A stretch of 64,000 nucleotides of DNA from a virus, in the IMG/VR virus record IMGVR_UViG_3300042374_000295, positions 4,394 through 68,393 of that record; one strand, 5' to 3'. The notes under the pieces are model-generated. The model did no database searches. It had not been told where the DNA came from and was given only the letters and a program-made list of their open reading frames with translations. Made by a program: the position numbers and the translations under genes. Shown one piece after another: positions 17,752 to 26,242 of this stretch (the first letter of the stretch is position 1; each line of letters starts with the position of its first letter).

Positions 17752-17958
17752 ATGGAAAAACCACAATTCACACTCGCAGAAGCCCACGAAATTCAACGCC
17801 AACACCTTTGCGAATGGGCAAAAGTGCTCAAGACATCAGTTTATTTAGCACTCCTACAACACGCCATAGAGTCCAATAAAAGCGTTACTGACCCTTGGGA
17901 AGTATTCAGAGGTCAAAGTATAAGCACTTGGGTTCGAAATTATTCACTTAACAATTAA
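17752..17958 (+). CDS. Early hypothetical protein
   Basis: ORF with ATATCATG start context. Confidence 0.6.
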   Translation: MEKPQFTLAEAHEIQRQHLCEWAKVLKTSVYLALLQHAIESNKSVTDPWEVFRGQSISTWVRNYSLNN

Positions 17959-17962
17959 TATC

Positions 17963-18184
17963 ATGAGCAAAGCAATAACCCTATCGCTATGGATGACCAA
18001 CTCCAAGCTAAAAATAGACCAACACGAACGCGAAATATCGCAAGACTACCAAAGGCTTAAAGAATTAAACAAAGAAATGGCTAACCTATTCGTATCAATT
18101 GATAACCACAATAAAGAAATCGAATTTCTAGAGTTCAGTATAGCTGAGACAAGAAAGCAGAAGGAGGCTCTTAAGAATGCATAG
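17963..18184 (+). CDS. Early coiled-coil protein
   Basis: ORF with CAATTAATATCATG start context. Confidence 0.6.
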   Translation: MSKAITLSLWMTNSKLKIDQHEREISQDYQRLKELNKEMANLFVSIDNHNKEIEFLEFSIAETRKQKEALKNA

Positions 18185-18374
18185 TCGCACAATCAATGTC
18201 ACGCCCAACTATAGCAAGCGTACATTCACACTCAGAGTAAAGTGGAGCGATGGTGACACCTCAAAGTATCGCACATCGCCTATGGGCAAGGCAGAGTTCG
18301 AGGAGTGTACTTATAACACACAAAGCGATTGGGCACACTTTCTACTTAAAAATGAGTGCACCAAACTAAACTAG
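18177..18374 (+). CDS. Early hypothetical protein
   Basis: Coupled ORF. Confidence 0.6.
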   Translation: MHSRTINVTPNYSKRTFTLRVKWSDGDTSKYRTSPMGKAEFEECTYNTQSDWAHFLLKNECTKLN

Positions 18375-18414
18375 TGGATGGTCGCAGAGGGGTTCGACTC
18401 CCCTCGCACTAGCA
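18371..18414 (+). ncRNA. Mini-tRNA-like element 2 (no anticodon arm)
   Basis: CTAGTG-GATGGTCGCA-GAGGGG-TTCGACT-CCCCTC-G-CACTAG-CA. Confidence 0.7.
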
Positions 18415-18433
18415 AATTTAACCAATTAATATA

Positions 18434-18703
18434 ATGAACTACAAATTAATTCAAAAAAGACAAAAAGAGTCGGGCTACAATCAAATGCAAAGACTCATTA
18501 ACAATGGCTCAGTATGGCTTATGGAGGGCTCAATGGGACGCGAAGCAATGCACTTGCTAGAGTGTGGGGCGTGTATGTTACCTACAAAAGCGTTCCGTGA
18601 CTTCTATGGCAATCGTATCCCCTCTAGGTACGAACTTAAGTCGGGTAGCAAGGGCACATATGCCAATAGCGTAGAGTATTATCTAAACAACGAAGCAATT
18701 TAA
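18434..18703 (+). CDS. Early hypothetical protein
   Basis: Q.LIN.G.VW.MEGS.GR.AM..LE.G.CML pattern recalled from phage early proteins. Confidence 0.65.
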   Translation: MNYKLIQKRQKESGYNQMQRLINNGSVWLMEGSMGREAMHLLECGACMLPTKAFRDFYGNRIPSRYELKSGSKGTYANSVEYYLNNEAI

Positions 18704-18715
18704 CCAATTAATATC

Positions 18716-18955
18716 ATGAAAAAACCAATCAACCATTGGGATTCCTATGGCGTATTCGCTATAGCAACCTACATTCAACAAGCAGAAGCAATAGATAGCA
18801 ATGAAGCAAGAGACCTTGACTCATTGTGGGATGAAGCTATTTTTCTTTACAATAATTTTGTTGTAAGCAAATTTAACGATGTCAACCAAAGCGAACTTGA
18901 CTGCATATATCAATTCCTTGACGCTCCTATGACCTTAGACAATGTAATAGGCTAA
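18716..18955 (+). CDS. Early hypothetical protein
   Basis: ORF with CAATTAATATCATG start context. Confidence 0.6.
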   Translation: MKKPINHWDSYGVFAIATYIQQAEAIDSNEARDLDSLWDEAIFLYNNFVVSKFNDVNQSELDCIYQFLDAPMTLDNVIG

Positions 18956-18973
18956 ACCAAATCAATTAATATC

Positions 18974-19747
18974 ATGAACAAATATCAAATCAAATTAACA
19001 AGAGTGTGGGACACCTACACCGAAATCGAGGCTCTGACAATGGAAGACGCCTTGACAATGTATGACACCATGGTCACCAATGGCACGATGGCTCAAAAGG
19101 AGCTAGAACAAATGGGCATCTCTGACGAGAGCTACAAGGTGACCTTGCTAGAGCGAGAATCTGACTCAACGCCCACACCCCCAAAAGTGTGGCGCGACAA
19201 TGACCAAGTCGAATGGCAATACTACGCAAGAGAATGCAGTGTAACGGGTGAGGGGATGTATGAAGGTTGGGTGGTGGATGGTGGCTTAATGTATTTTAAG
19301 TACGAAAGCGATGCCATTGAGTATTGCAAGAATCACCTAAACATGACCTTGGCTGAGGCGTACGAGGATAGCGAGGAGAACGGAGGTGACGGCTTTTATT
19401 GGACATCATGGGAAGACGAAAGCGAGTACCAATATCGCCTCGTTGATGGCGTTTTAATTGAGGAGGGTGACGAGCGCTTTGAATATGATTACGAAGAGCC
19501 TATAGATGAGGACACACTAAAGCAAGAGTACATGACAAGCACTGAAGAGATGCAACATCGCATGGCAATGATTCTAGACGACATGAAAGTAATCAGAGCA
19601 TTTATTAATGAGCAAGGCTTGAACGAAGTATTTCAGAAGCCTACAAGCATGGCTGATGAGTGTTGGACTCACATTAACAACATAGAGATAGCGTGTGACA
19701 TTGATGACAACGAGTGTCTGACATGGTCAAAGTTCAGCAGAGGTTAA
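18974..19747 (+). CDS. Acidic early protein, apparently a fusion of small modules
   Basis: 257 aa, very D/E-rich; contains a C..TGEGM.EGW...FYWTSWE module. Confidence 0.6.
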   Translation: MNKYQIKLTRVWDTYTEIEALTMEDALTMYDTMVTNGTMAQKELEQMGISDESYKVTLLERESDSTPTPPKVWRDNDQVEWQYYARECSVTGEGMYEGWVVDGGLMYFKYESDAIEYCKNHLNMTLAEAYEDSEENGGDGFYWTSWEDESEYQYRLVDGVLIEEGDERFEYDYEEPIDEDTLKQEYMTSTEEMQHRMAMILDDMKVIRAFINEQGLNEVFQKPTSMADECWTHINNIEIACDIDDNECLTWSKFSRG

Positions 19748-19795
19748 CTGACGAGCCTTCACTAGGCGAAACAAGGCGAAAGCCTTGTCTTAATC
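19742..19795 (+). ncRNA. Hammerhead ribozyme (type I), predicted cleavage after C19789
   Basis: Stem I GGTTAA/TTAATC; core CTGACGA; stem II GCCT-TCACT-AGGC; GAA; stem III ACAAGGC-GAAA-GCCTTGT; cleavage triplet GTC. Confidence 0.9.
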
Positions 19796-19805
19796 ATATA
19801 TTATC

Positions 19806-20696
19806 ATGAACCAAACAATTTTCAATCAAACATTAGACCTTTTAGAGTCTACTAACTTAAATTGGTCAGTGACCAAAGAGCCTTTATTCACTGCTGATGG
19901 CAAAGCATCCGAGACCTTTGGAATGTACCGCAGTGACACAAACGATTGGCTTGGGAGCGTGGGTAACAAGTACGCACCCATGCAGAACCACACACTCGCT
20001 GAGACCATTGTAATGGCGTCGCAAGGCATCCAATGTCAAAAGCATCGTGGTGGCTCGTTAGATGGTGGTAGCAAGGTGTTTATCCAATGCGAACTGCCCG
20101 ATGAACACATTGGCAATAGTGGTGTGAAGCGTTGGCTGACTGCACTCAACTCGCATGACGGCTCATCGTCTATTGGCTTTGGCTCTACATCGCAAGTGGT
20201 GTTTTGTCAGAATATGTTCCATAAGGCGTTGAAGGAGTTAGCCAAGTTCAGACACACGGCATCTGCTGAGGAGCGTGTACGCCTAGCCTCTGAGGACTTG
20301 AACAAAGCGTTGTTGTCTGACAACATCCTAATGACTGACTTCAAGCGTATGGCAGACCTTAAGATAGGCGAGGAGGTGATAGAGCGTGTAATTAGACGCA
20401 TATTCACATTGGACGCAAAGCAGACTCAGACAAGCGATGTGTCAAGCCTTAAAAAGAATCAAGTCACGGCATTTGCTGATAGCCTACAAACGGAAATTAA
20501 CACCCATGGTCAGACCTTGTGGGCATTGTTCAACGGAGTAACGCGTTACACCAACCACTACGCATCTCCTAAGGATGCCGAAGCAAAGCAAACATACCTT
20601 ATGGTGGGTGGTGGCTACAAGAACAATCTGCTAGGCTTCGAGGAGTGTATGAAGTGGCTAGGCGAGAACACTAAGCAAGTTTATTCATTGGCATAA
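19806..20696 (+). CDS. DUF932 family protein (phage/plasmid TIGR03299-like)
   Basis: LNWSV.KEPL, LG.VG..Y...QN, GSLDGG.KVF, NSHDGSSS, VVFCQN, FRHT and TLWALFNGVT motifs. Confidence 0.85.
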   Translation: MNQTIFNQTLDLLESTNLNWSVTKEPLFTADGKASETFGMYRSDTNDWLGSVGNKYAPMQNHTLAETIVMASQGIQCQKHRGGSLDGGSKVFIQCELPDEHIGNSGVKRWLTALNSHDGSSSIGFGSTSQVVFCQNMFHKALKELAKFRHTASAEERVRLASEDLNKALLSDNILMTDFKRMADLKIGEEVIERVIRRIFTLDAKQTQTSDVSSLKKNQVTAFADSLQTEINTHGQTLWALFNGVTRYTNHYASPKDAEAKQTYLMVGGGYKNNLLGFEECMKWLGENTKQVYSLA

Positions 20697-20703
20697 AGCC
20701 TCT

Positions 20704-20750
20704 AGGGTGTATGGTGAGCAGTAGGGGTTCGAATCCCTTACCACCCTCCA
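20704..20750 (+). ncRNA. Mini-tRNA-like element 3 (no anticodon arm, ends in CCA)
   Basis: AGGGTG-TATGGTGAGCA-GTAGGGG-TTCGAAT-CCCTTAC-CACCCT-CCA. Confidence 0.72.
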
Positions 20751-20768
20751 AATTTAATAAAAAATATC

Positions 20769-20963
20769 ATGAACAAATTAACCAAACTAACAAGAGAGTT
20801 ATTGCTAATGCATTTAGACGATAGCTACAAACAAATTAGCATCATTAGAGACACCATTAAGGTAATCGAGGTGGAGTATGTCCAAGATTTACGAATAGAC
20901 ATATACCTTCTACAACAAAAAATAGAAAGCATAAGCACAATTATAGCCGACAACAAATTTTAA
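20769..20963 (+). CDS. Early hypothetical protein
   Basis: ORF with AATATCATG start context. Confidence 0.55.
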   Translation: MNKLTKLTRELLLMHLDDSYKQISIIRDTIKVIEVEYVQDLRIDIYLLQQKIESISTIIADNKF

Positions 20964-20964
20964 A

Positions 20965-21225
20965 ATGAACCTACCACAATCAATCGAAGTAAGGCTACCT
21001 TGGGAGGAGACTCCCGTGGTGGTCAAGATGACCGACGAGTTGGCAACTACCTTCATATGGTATGTATGCGAAAGCGATAACGTAGCAGAGGTGTCAGAGG
21101 GCATCTACGCCACGCAAGTGTGCCAATACCATGACCGATGCACCCTACACGAACTGTTGAAGGACTTCATCGAGGAGTATATCCCAAGAGACGAACTAAT
21201 CATTATAGACAATGCAAATATATAG
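20965..21225 (+). CDS. Early hypothetical protein
   Basis: Coupled ORF. Confidence 0.55.
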   Translation: MNLPQSIEVRLPWEETPVVVKMTDELATTFIWYVCESDNVAEVSEGIYATQVCQYHDRCTLHELLKDFIEEYIPRDELIIIDNANI

Positions 21226-21439
21226 AATCAACACAACGGCGTGGGAGGAGGAAGACTTAGTACTCTTGACCACATTAAAGGAAAGCGAAATCGAGAGAGT
21301 TATCACGCCTATAGTATTTAGAGAGCGTGAGGGTGGCAACGATTACGACAATGACGAACTAGTAGACGCCCTAAAGAAGGAGTACCCATCTGCCCACATT
21401 GAGCAGTATCAAACCGAGTTACCAATTATAATCATATGA
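21212..21439 (+). CDS. Early hypothetical protein
   Basis: Coupled ORF. Confidence 0.6.
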   Translation: MQIYRINTTAWEEEDLVLLTTLKESEIERVITPIVFREREGGNDYDNDELVDALKKEYPSAHIEQYQTELPIIII

Positions 21440-21669
21440 AAAAAGCAATTTTAGTTCTATTCATGGCGATAGCCATGGTAGGTCAGTCACAAGTTGTAGT
21501 GACTTTAGCCAAAAAACAACAAACCGAGCAGAGCCTTACGGCTACATCAACCAAGACAAAGTATTTGTACAATGACCTACCCGTGTGGATGTCAGTCAAC
21601 GGAAAGTACTTCATCGTGAAGCAAGCGAAGAGTGGTAATTTTTACAAAGTATATGTGGAGGTAAAGTAA
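21436..21669 (+). CDS. Small exported protein with signal peptide
   Basis: MKKAILVLFMAIAMVGQSQ signal-like N-terminus; S.NGK.FI...KSGN.YK C-terminus. Confidence 0.6.
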   Translation: MKKAILVLFMAIAMVGQSQVVVTLAKKQQTEQSLTATSTKTKYLYNDLPVWMSVNGKYFIVKQAKSGNFYKVYVEVK

Positions 21670-21670
21670 T

Positions 21671-21946
21671 ATGAACACAGAGTTAAACAACCAACTAATC
21701 AGAGCAATGGTGAACCACCTAGAGGCTCTTGTAGAAAGCGAAGAACTAAGCGTAAACGATGTATCATACATCAACGATGACCTAGACCTTATGGAGGTAT
21801 CGTACTTCGGATATACGCCCGATGGCGACAAGCAACAAGAGTACGCAGACGCAATAGAGCGTGGCGACCTAGAGACCATTGGCTTCCTTGAAGCGTTAGA
21901 GTTTTTAAGTTCAATGATTAAACATTATTCAACCAAACTATCATGA
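21671..21946 (+). CDS. Early acidic hypothetical protein
   Basis: Coupled ORF. Confidence 0.55.
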   Translation: MNTELNNQLIRAMVNHLEALVESEELSVNDVSYINDDLDLMEVSYFGYTPDGDKQQEYADAIERGDLETIGFLEALEFLSSMIKHYSTKLS

Positions 21947-22368
21947 GCAGTCCAATCAACCCCCTAGAGCTAGCATCTGAGCTAGCTCACCTTAGGGTTC
22001 TAGCTGAGAGCAAAGACCTTATTAACGAAAGCGATATGTATGTCCAAGACACCGAGGGTGTTTTAATCTACAAGGATGACATCCAAGACCGATTCAATAT
22101 CTGGTATGACTTTTACCTAGACCACATAGAGGAAGCGACAAGACCATCATTGCCTTACTCACACATCGTTGAGTTTGAATACGAGGGCAAAGCGTTCACC
22201 TTTGAGATTGGCATCAGCAGTGAGGACGAGTGGTTTGGCGTGAACCAACACAACATGACCTTCGACATACACTACTGCGAGGACTACAACGAGATAAGCG
22301 TATACCGAGTAAGGTACAACAAGGCAGACTATTCAGAAACAATTCACTCACAAGCAATCAAATTATGA
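21943..22368 (+). CDS. Early hypothetical protein
   Basis: Coupled ORF. Confidence 0.6.
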   Translation: MSSPINPLELASELAHLRVLAESKDLINESDMYVQDTEGVLIYKDDIQDRFNIWYDFYLDHIEEATRPSLPYSHIVEFEYEGKAFTFEIGISSEDEWFGVNQHNMTFDIHYCEDYNEISVYRVRYNKADYSETIHSQAIKL

Positions 22369-23159
22369 AGACAATTAAAAGCGAAACATGGCTACCAATA
22401 TTCAGTGGCTATTACAACACAGTGTGGTCACCAGACGAGACACACCTACTATGGGACTCAGACATAGACTTCGAAGACATCGAGGTGGACTACGAGTCTT
22501 ACTACAAGTACACTGCCATCGACATTGTAGATGCAGTGCAGACTGCCCTAAGCCCATTTGTCAAGGACATCACCTTTCAGAAAGTGGTGTCCCCTAAGTA
22601 CTACAACTTCACCAATGACTCTATTGATGTCGAGGTGGAGTACTATCCCGAACAACTGCAAAAGTATTGTGCTGAGTTCAGAGCAGAGCTACAAGTATAC
22701 CTTGAGGACAAGTACACCTCTAGGGATGGCTTCATCTCAAACTTCAGCAATAGCGTTGAGGAGTGGGAGGAGAGCACCAAGTTCTTTACGGACTTCTCCT
22801 CAGAAAGCAAGGGCTACCACACTCTGGGCGCAGTCCTAGACTTCATACTTTACAATGAGGATATTCGCGAGGAGGAAATATTTAATGTAGTAGAGCCCGA
22901 CATCGACACCTACATAACCATCATTACGCAAAGCGTTTCAGAGTTAAGCAATGAGGACACCAAAAAGTTCTTAGAGGCACACCTAGTCAAGATCGATTTT
23001 GAGTTTGGCTACCCAAGTGTACTGAAAGCGAGATGCCAAGAGAAGGCTGATATAGTAGGCTCTACATGGGAAGAGATAATCATAGAGGACTACAAAGATG
23101 ACTTAATCGACATGATAGGAATCAAGAGAGTCAGACACGATTTAACACCTACTGAATAA
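22365..23159 (+). CDS. Acidic early protein
   Basis: Likely start MKTIKS at 22365; PIFSGYY, SPKYYNFTNDSI and SRDGFIS motifs. Confidence 0.65.
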   Translation: MKTIKSETWLPIFSGYYNTVWSPDETHLLWDSDIDFEDIEVDYESYYKYTAIDIVDAVQTALSPFVKDITFQKVVSPKYYNFTNDSIDVEVEYYPEQLQKYCAEFRAELQVYLEDKYTSRDGFISNFSNSVEEWEESTKFFTDFSSESKGYHTLGAVLDFILYNEDIREEEIFNVVEPDIDTYITIITQSVSELSNEDTKKFLEAHLVKIDFEFGYPSVLKARCQEKADIVGSTWEEIIIEDYKDDLIDMIGIKRVRHDLTPTE

Positions 23160-23164
23160 AATAT

Positions 23165-23196
23165 TTTGCATAACAAAAAATAATTATATATAATTG
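23165..23196 (+). promoter_or_regulatory. Promoter TTTG(CATAACAA)-N20-TATAATTG
   Basis: Near-consensus Bacteroidota promoter. Confidence 0.55.
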
Positions 23197-23207
23197 CAAC
23201 CACAAAA

Positions 23208-23423
23208 ATGTCAAAACCAAGTTCATACACGGGACGCATGATGTCCCTCCTGACCATCCTAAAGCAGGGTGAGTCATTTCATACCGAAGTGAGAGCCTCC
23301 ATCGTCCTCCAATATGCGAAAGCAGAGGGCGTGGAGGTTACCACCGAGTCGGTTATTCAAATCGATGAGTACAAATCTGCTCATCCTAGGCTAAGTAAAT
23401 TAACAAAAGTAACAATCATATGA
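23208..23423 (+). CDS. Hypothetical protein
   Basis: ORF after a promoter. Confidence 0.55.
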   Translation: MSKPSSYTGRMMSLLTILKQGESFHTEVRASIVLQYAKAEGVEVTTESVIQIDEYKSAHPRLSKLTKVTII

Positions 23424-23644
23424 AGTCATTCTTAAAGTCACACACAAAGCAAGCCGAATTAGAGTACCCTTGCTTAAAAACAAAAAAAGACACCGAAGGT
23501 CACACAATAGTCCTATTCTCCTCATTTAGGGAGGGGACTTGCGTTCACACAACGAGACCTCAGAATTTTGTTGGAGACTATAGCACAAATTGGGGTGAAG
23601 AGTTTTTCGAACCATTCACAGGAGAGCTAGTTCTTAAAAATTAA
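23420..23644 (+). CDS. Hypothetical protein
   Basis: IVLF....GT.V......GDYS..W....F.PF.G pattern. Confidence 0.6.
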   Translation: MKSFLKSHTKQAELEYPCLKTKKDTEGHTIVLFSSFREGTCVHTTRPQNFVGDYSTNWGEEFFEPFTGELVLKN

Positions 23645-23648
23645 TACC

Positions 23649-23753
23649 ATGATACCAATATTCATTCTAGCGTTTATCATATTCTGCATTGCAATGGTCT
23701 TAATATCAAAAGCAGTTCATACATGGAGGTCACAAGATGGCGATGACTTCTAA
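23649..23753 (+). CDS. Small single-TM peptide (34 aa)
   Basis: Manual translation MIPIFILAFIIFCIAMVLISKAVHTWRSQDGDDF. Confidence 0.45.
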   Translation: MIPIFILAFIIFCIAMVLISKAVHTWRSQDGDDF

Positions 23754-23760
23754 AAAATAA

Positions 23761-23792
23761 TTTGCATAGTAATTTATTTTAATGTAATATTG
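23761..23792 (+). promoter_or_regulatory. Promoter TTTG(CATAGTAA)-N20-TAATATTG
   Basis: Shared TTTGCATAGTAA motif; ATG 4 nt downstream. Confidence 0.65.
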
Positions 23793-23796
23793 TGAA

Positions 23797-23973
23797 ATGC
23801 AAATAGGAGACAAAGTAAAGTGGCGTTCCTTCAAGGTCATCGATAGGTGGGGAGAGGGCATCGTCATCCTTGTAGTCCGAAAGAAGCACGTCTACGAATA
23901 TCACATTCAAACAAATATGTCGGGCATACACTCAGTTATCATAAGATACACTGGCGATATACATCCCATCTAA
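23797..23973 (+). CDS. Small SH3-like protein (58 aa)
   Basis: Manual translation MQIGDKVKWR...GIV. Confidence 0.45.
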   Translation: MQIGDKVKWRSFKVIDRWGEGIVILVVRKKHVYEYHIQTNMSGIHSVIIRYTGDIHPI

Positions 23974-24021
23974 TCCGACAGCTATGCACACCAACACTAA
24001 CGAAAGTAAATTAAATAAAAA

Positions 24022-24756
24022 ATGTCAAGGTCAAACCCAACATCAACACAAAGCAATCCCTCAACCAGATGGTTCGAGTGGGATTCAGACAACTCTTGCG
24101 TAAAGTATTATGACAAGGTTGAAAAGAAAAGCGTATCGGTTAAATTGCCGTTTACGTTCCTAGTTTTAGATCAAACTGCGTCCATCACGGGGTGGCACGA
24201 GTCCTCTACAAGTGGCATCTACTCTAACGAGGTTAGAAGCACAAAGGCTAGCTCACTGCTAGTACGCTCCTTTAAGGGTGGCACAATCGCTCAAGGTATC
24301 TACCAAGACATCAAAGAGAAAACAAAGTCCTCTGGAGGCAAGTTCACGGCTAACGTGTACATAGCCTACAAGGATGGAGGTGAGTACAAGATTGGTGCTA
24401 TCATGTTCAAGGGAGCGTCCCTACAATCATGGTCTGACTTTAGCAAAGCGAATCGCTCTAAGCTAGAGACGGATGCCATTCAAATTGCATCGTTCGAGAC
24501 TGGTAAGAAGGGCAAGGTGACCTACACCACGCCTACCTTTAAGGTAATCGAAACATCTAAGGAGGCAGAGGCTAAAGCAATCGAGCTGGACAAGGTTCTG
24601 CAAGCGTACTTAAACGAGTACATGGGTAAAGCCATAGCCGAGGAGACAACGTCCACCACAAGCGCTCCTAGTGAGTCTGAGGCTAAGGATATGCTGGCTC
24701 AACACGGATGGAAACCAATCGAGGTAGAAGAGGACTTTAGTGACCTTCCATTCTAG
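24022..24756 (+). CDS. Putative ssDNA-binding/annealing protein
   Basis: Acidic C-terminal tail EEDFSDLPF typical of SSBs; located in the replication module. Confidence 0.55.
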   Translation: MSRSNPTSTQSNPSTRWFEWDSDNSCVKYYDKVEKKSVSVKLPFTFLVLDQTASITGWHESSTSGIYSNEVRSTKASSLLVRSFKGGTIAQGIYQDIKEKTKSSGGKFTANVYIAYKDGGEYKIGAIMFKGASLQSWSDFSKANRSKLETDAIQIASFETGKKGKVTYTTPTFKVIETSKEAEAKAIELDKVLQAYLNEYMGKAIAEETTSTTSAPSESEAKDMLAQHGWKPIEVEEDFSDLPF

Positions 24757-24863
24757 GATGTCAAAAGCAAAAGAATTGTTCATGCAGATAAGGGAGAGGG
24801 AGTCTAACAAGGCTCTCTCTCTTGAGTCTGATACACCAAAACACTTACAACCAATTAAGAATC

Positions 24864-26096
24864 ATGAAAGTAAAAAAAGTATCAATCAAGGACTTCAAAG
24901 TCCTAAAGAACATTGAAAAAGAAATCAATGGCAATAACATTATTCTCCTAGGAGACAACGGGAAGGGCAAGAGCTCATTCATCCAATTCATAGAGATAGC
25001 ACTCGGCAAGCAGACAACCATACCCGACATCCAACATGGTGAGGGGACTATATGGGTTGACAAGGCCGGCCAAGAGTGGACGTTTCACGTTGAGTGGAAG
25101 AAGGGAAAGCCTCTAGTAACCGTGACCAGCCCAGACGGGTTCAAGGACAATAGGAAAAGCGTCCTAGCCAATGTGGTGGGAGCGATGGACTTCGACATAG
25201 ACACATTCGTAGAGATGTCAGAGTCAACAGCAGGTCGCAAGGAGCAGGTTAAGGTGTACAAGTCATTCCTTCCACAAGAGGTTCAAGACTTTGTAGCCGA
25301 TCAAGAGTACAGAGTAAAGCGTTCGTATGACGAGCGTACTGAGAAGAACAGAGAGGTCAAGACACTCCAAGGCGCAATAGCAGAGCATCCGTTCACCAAG
25401 GTGTTGGATATGCCAGACAAAGCAATCGATACTAAAGCATTGACATTCCAAATAGAGGCGGCTTTAGAGCACAACAAGAAGGTTCAAGGGGCGAAGGAAA
25501 GGTTTCAGTCTAGAAAGAATGATATTGACGCCATCACCGAGCAGATAAGAACCCTAGTAGGAAAGCGTCAGTCTTTTATGGACATGAACGTGGAGGCTGA
25601 GGGCTGGCTAAGGCAGAACGATGAGCAGGACGTTAGCGCACTTCTGGAGCAGAAGGATAACGCCTACGATACCAACGCCAACTTCGAGAAGAAGGCAGAC
25701 TACAACAAGCAGGTAGCCATGATGCAAGCATTAAGCGAGGAGAGTGGTGAGCTGACTGCATTCATAGAGTCAAGTAGCCAAGCCATTGCTGATGCAATTA
25801 GAGACTGCGACTCACCTGTGGATGGACTAACATTTGATGCAGATAGTCTAATATATAATGGAGTTCCAGTATCAAGCGCGTCGCTATCATCGTCTGAAAT
25901 CATGCATCTAGGCATCAAGCTAAAGATGGCTGAGAACCCAGACCTAGGCATACTATTCATACAACGTGGTGAGAGTCTTGGTGCTCAGAGATTGAAGGAC
26001 ATCCAAGACCTAGCCAAGAAGTATGACTGGCAGATAATTATGGAGCAGGTTGAACGTGGAAACGAGAAGTTGACCATAGAAATAATGAAAGCATAA
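24864..26096 (+). CDS. SMC/RecN/Rad50-like ABC ATPase
   Basis: IKDFK, Walker A GDNGKGKSS, central coiled coil, signature-like LSSSE, degenerate Walker B ILFIQRGESL. Confidence 0.8.
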   Translation: MKVKKVSIKDFKVLKNIEKEINGNNIILLGDNGKGKSSFIQFIEIALGKQTTIPDIQHGEGTIWVDKAGQEWTFHVEWKKGKPLVTVTSPDGFKDNRKSVLANVVGAMDFDIDTFVEMSESTAGRKEQVKVYKSFLPQEVQDFVADQEYRVKRSYDERTEKNREVKTLQGAIAEHPFTKVLDMPDKAIDTKALTFQIEAALEHNKKVQGAKERFQSRKNDIDAITEQIRTLVGKRQSFMDMNVEAEGWLRQNDEQDVSALLEQKDNAYDTNANFEKKADYNKQVAMMQALSEESGELTAFIESSSQAIADAIRDCDSPVDGLTFDADSLIYNGVPVSSASLSSSEIMHLGIKLKMAENPDLGILFIQRGESLGAQRLKDIQDLAKKYDWQIIMEQVERGNEKLTIEIMKA

Positions 26097-26242
26097 TCAT
26101 GTCAGCACTACAACTATCCGTGCAGACCATAGAGTACTGCGACCTAAGAGGCATTAACCCTATAGAATACTCTAGATGGAGAAGGTTCATAGAAGTACAA
26201 GCCATACGACTATATCACAAAAAACAGTTACAAAAATAAATC

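Noticed and set aside
17929-17945. Additional GGTTCGAA T-loop-like sequence
   Set aside because: No flanking T-stem or acceptor stem, and it lies inside a coding region
25187-25203. DFDID motif, identical to the crAss-like virion RNAP catalytic motif
   Set aside because: It lies inside an SMC-like ATPase with a clear Walker A and coiled coil; coincidental
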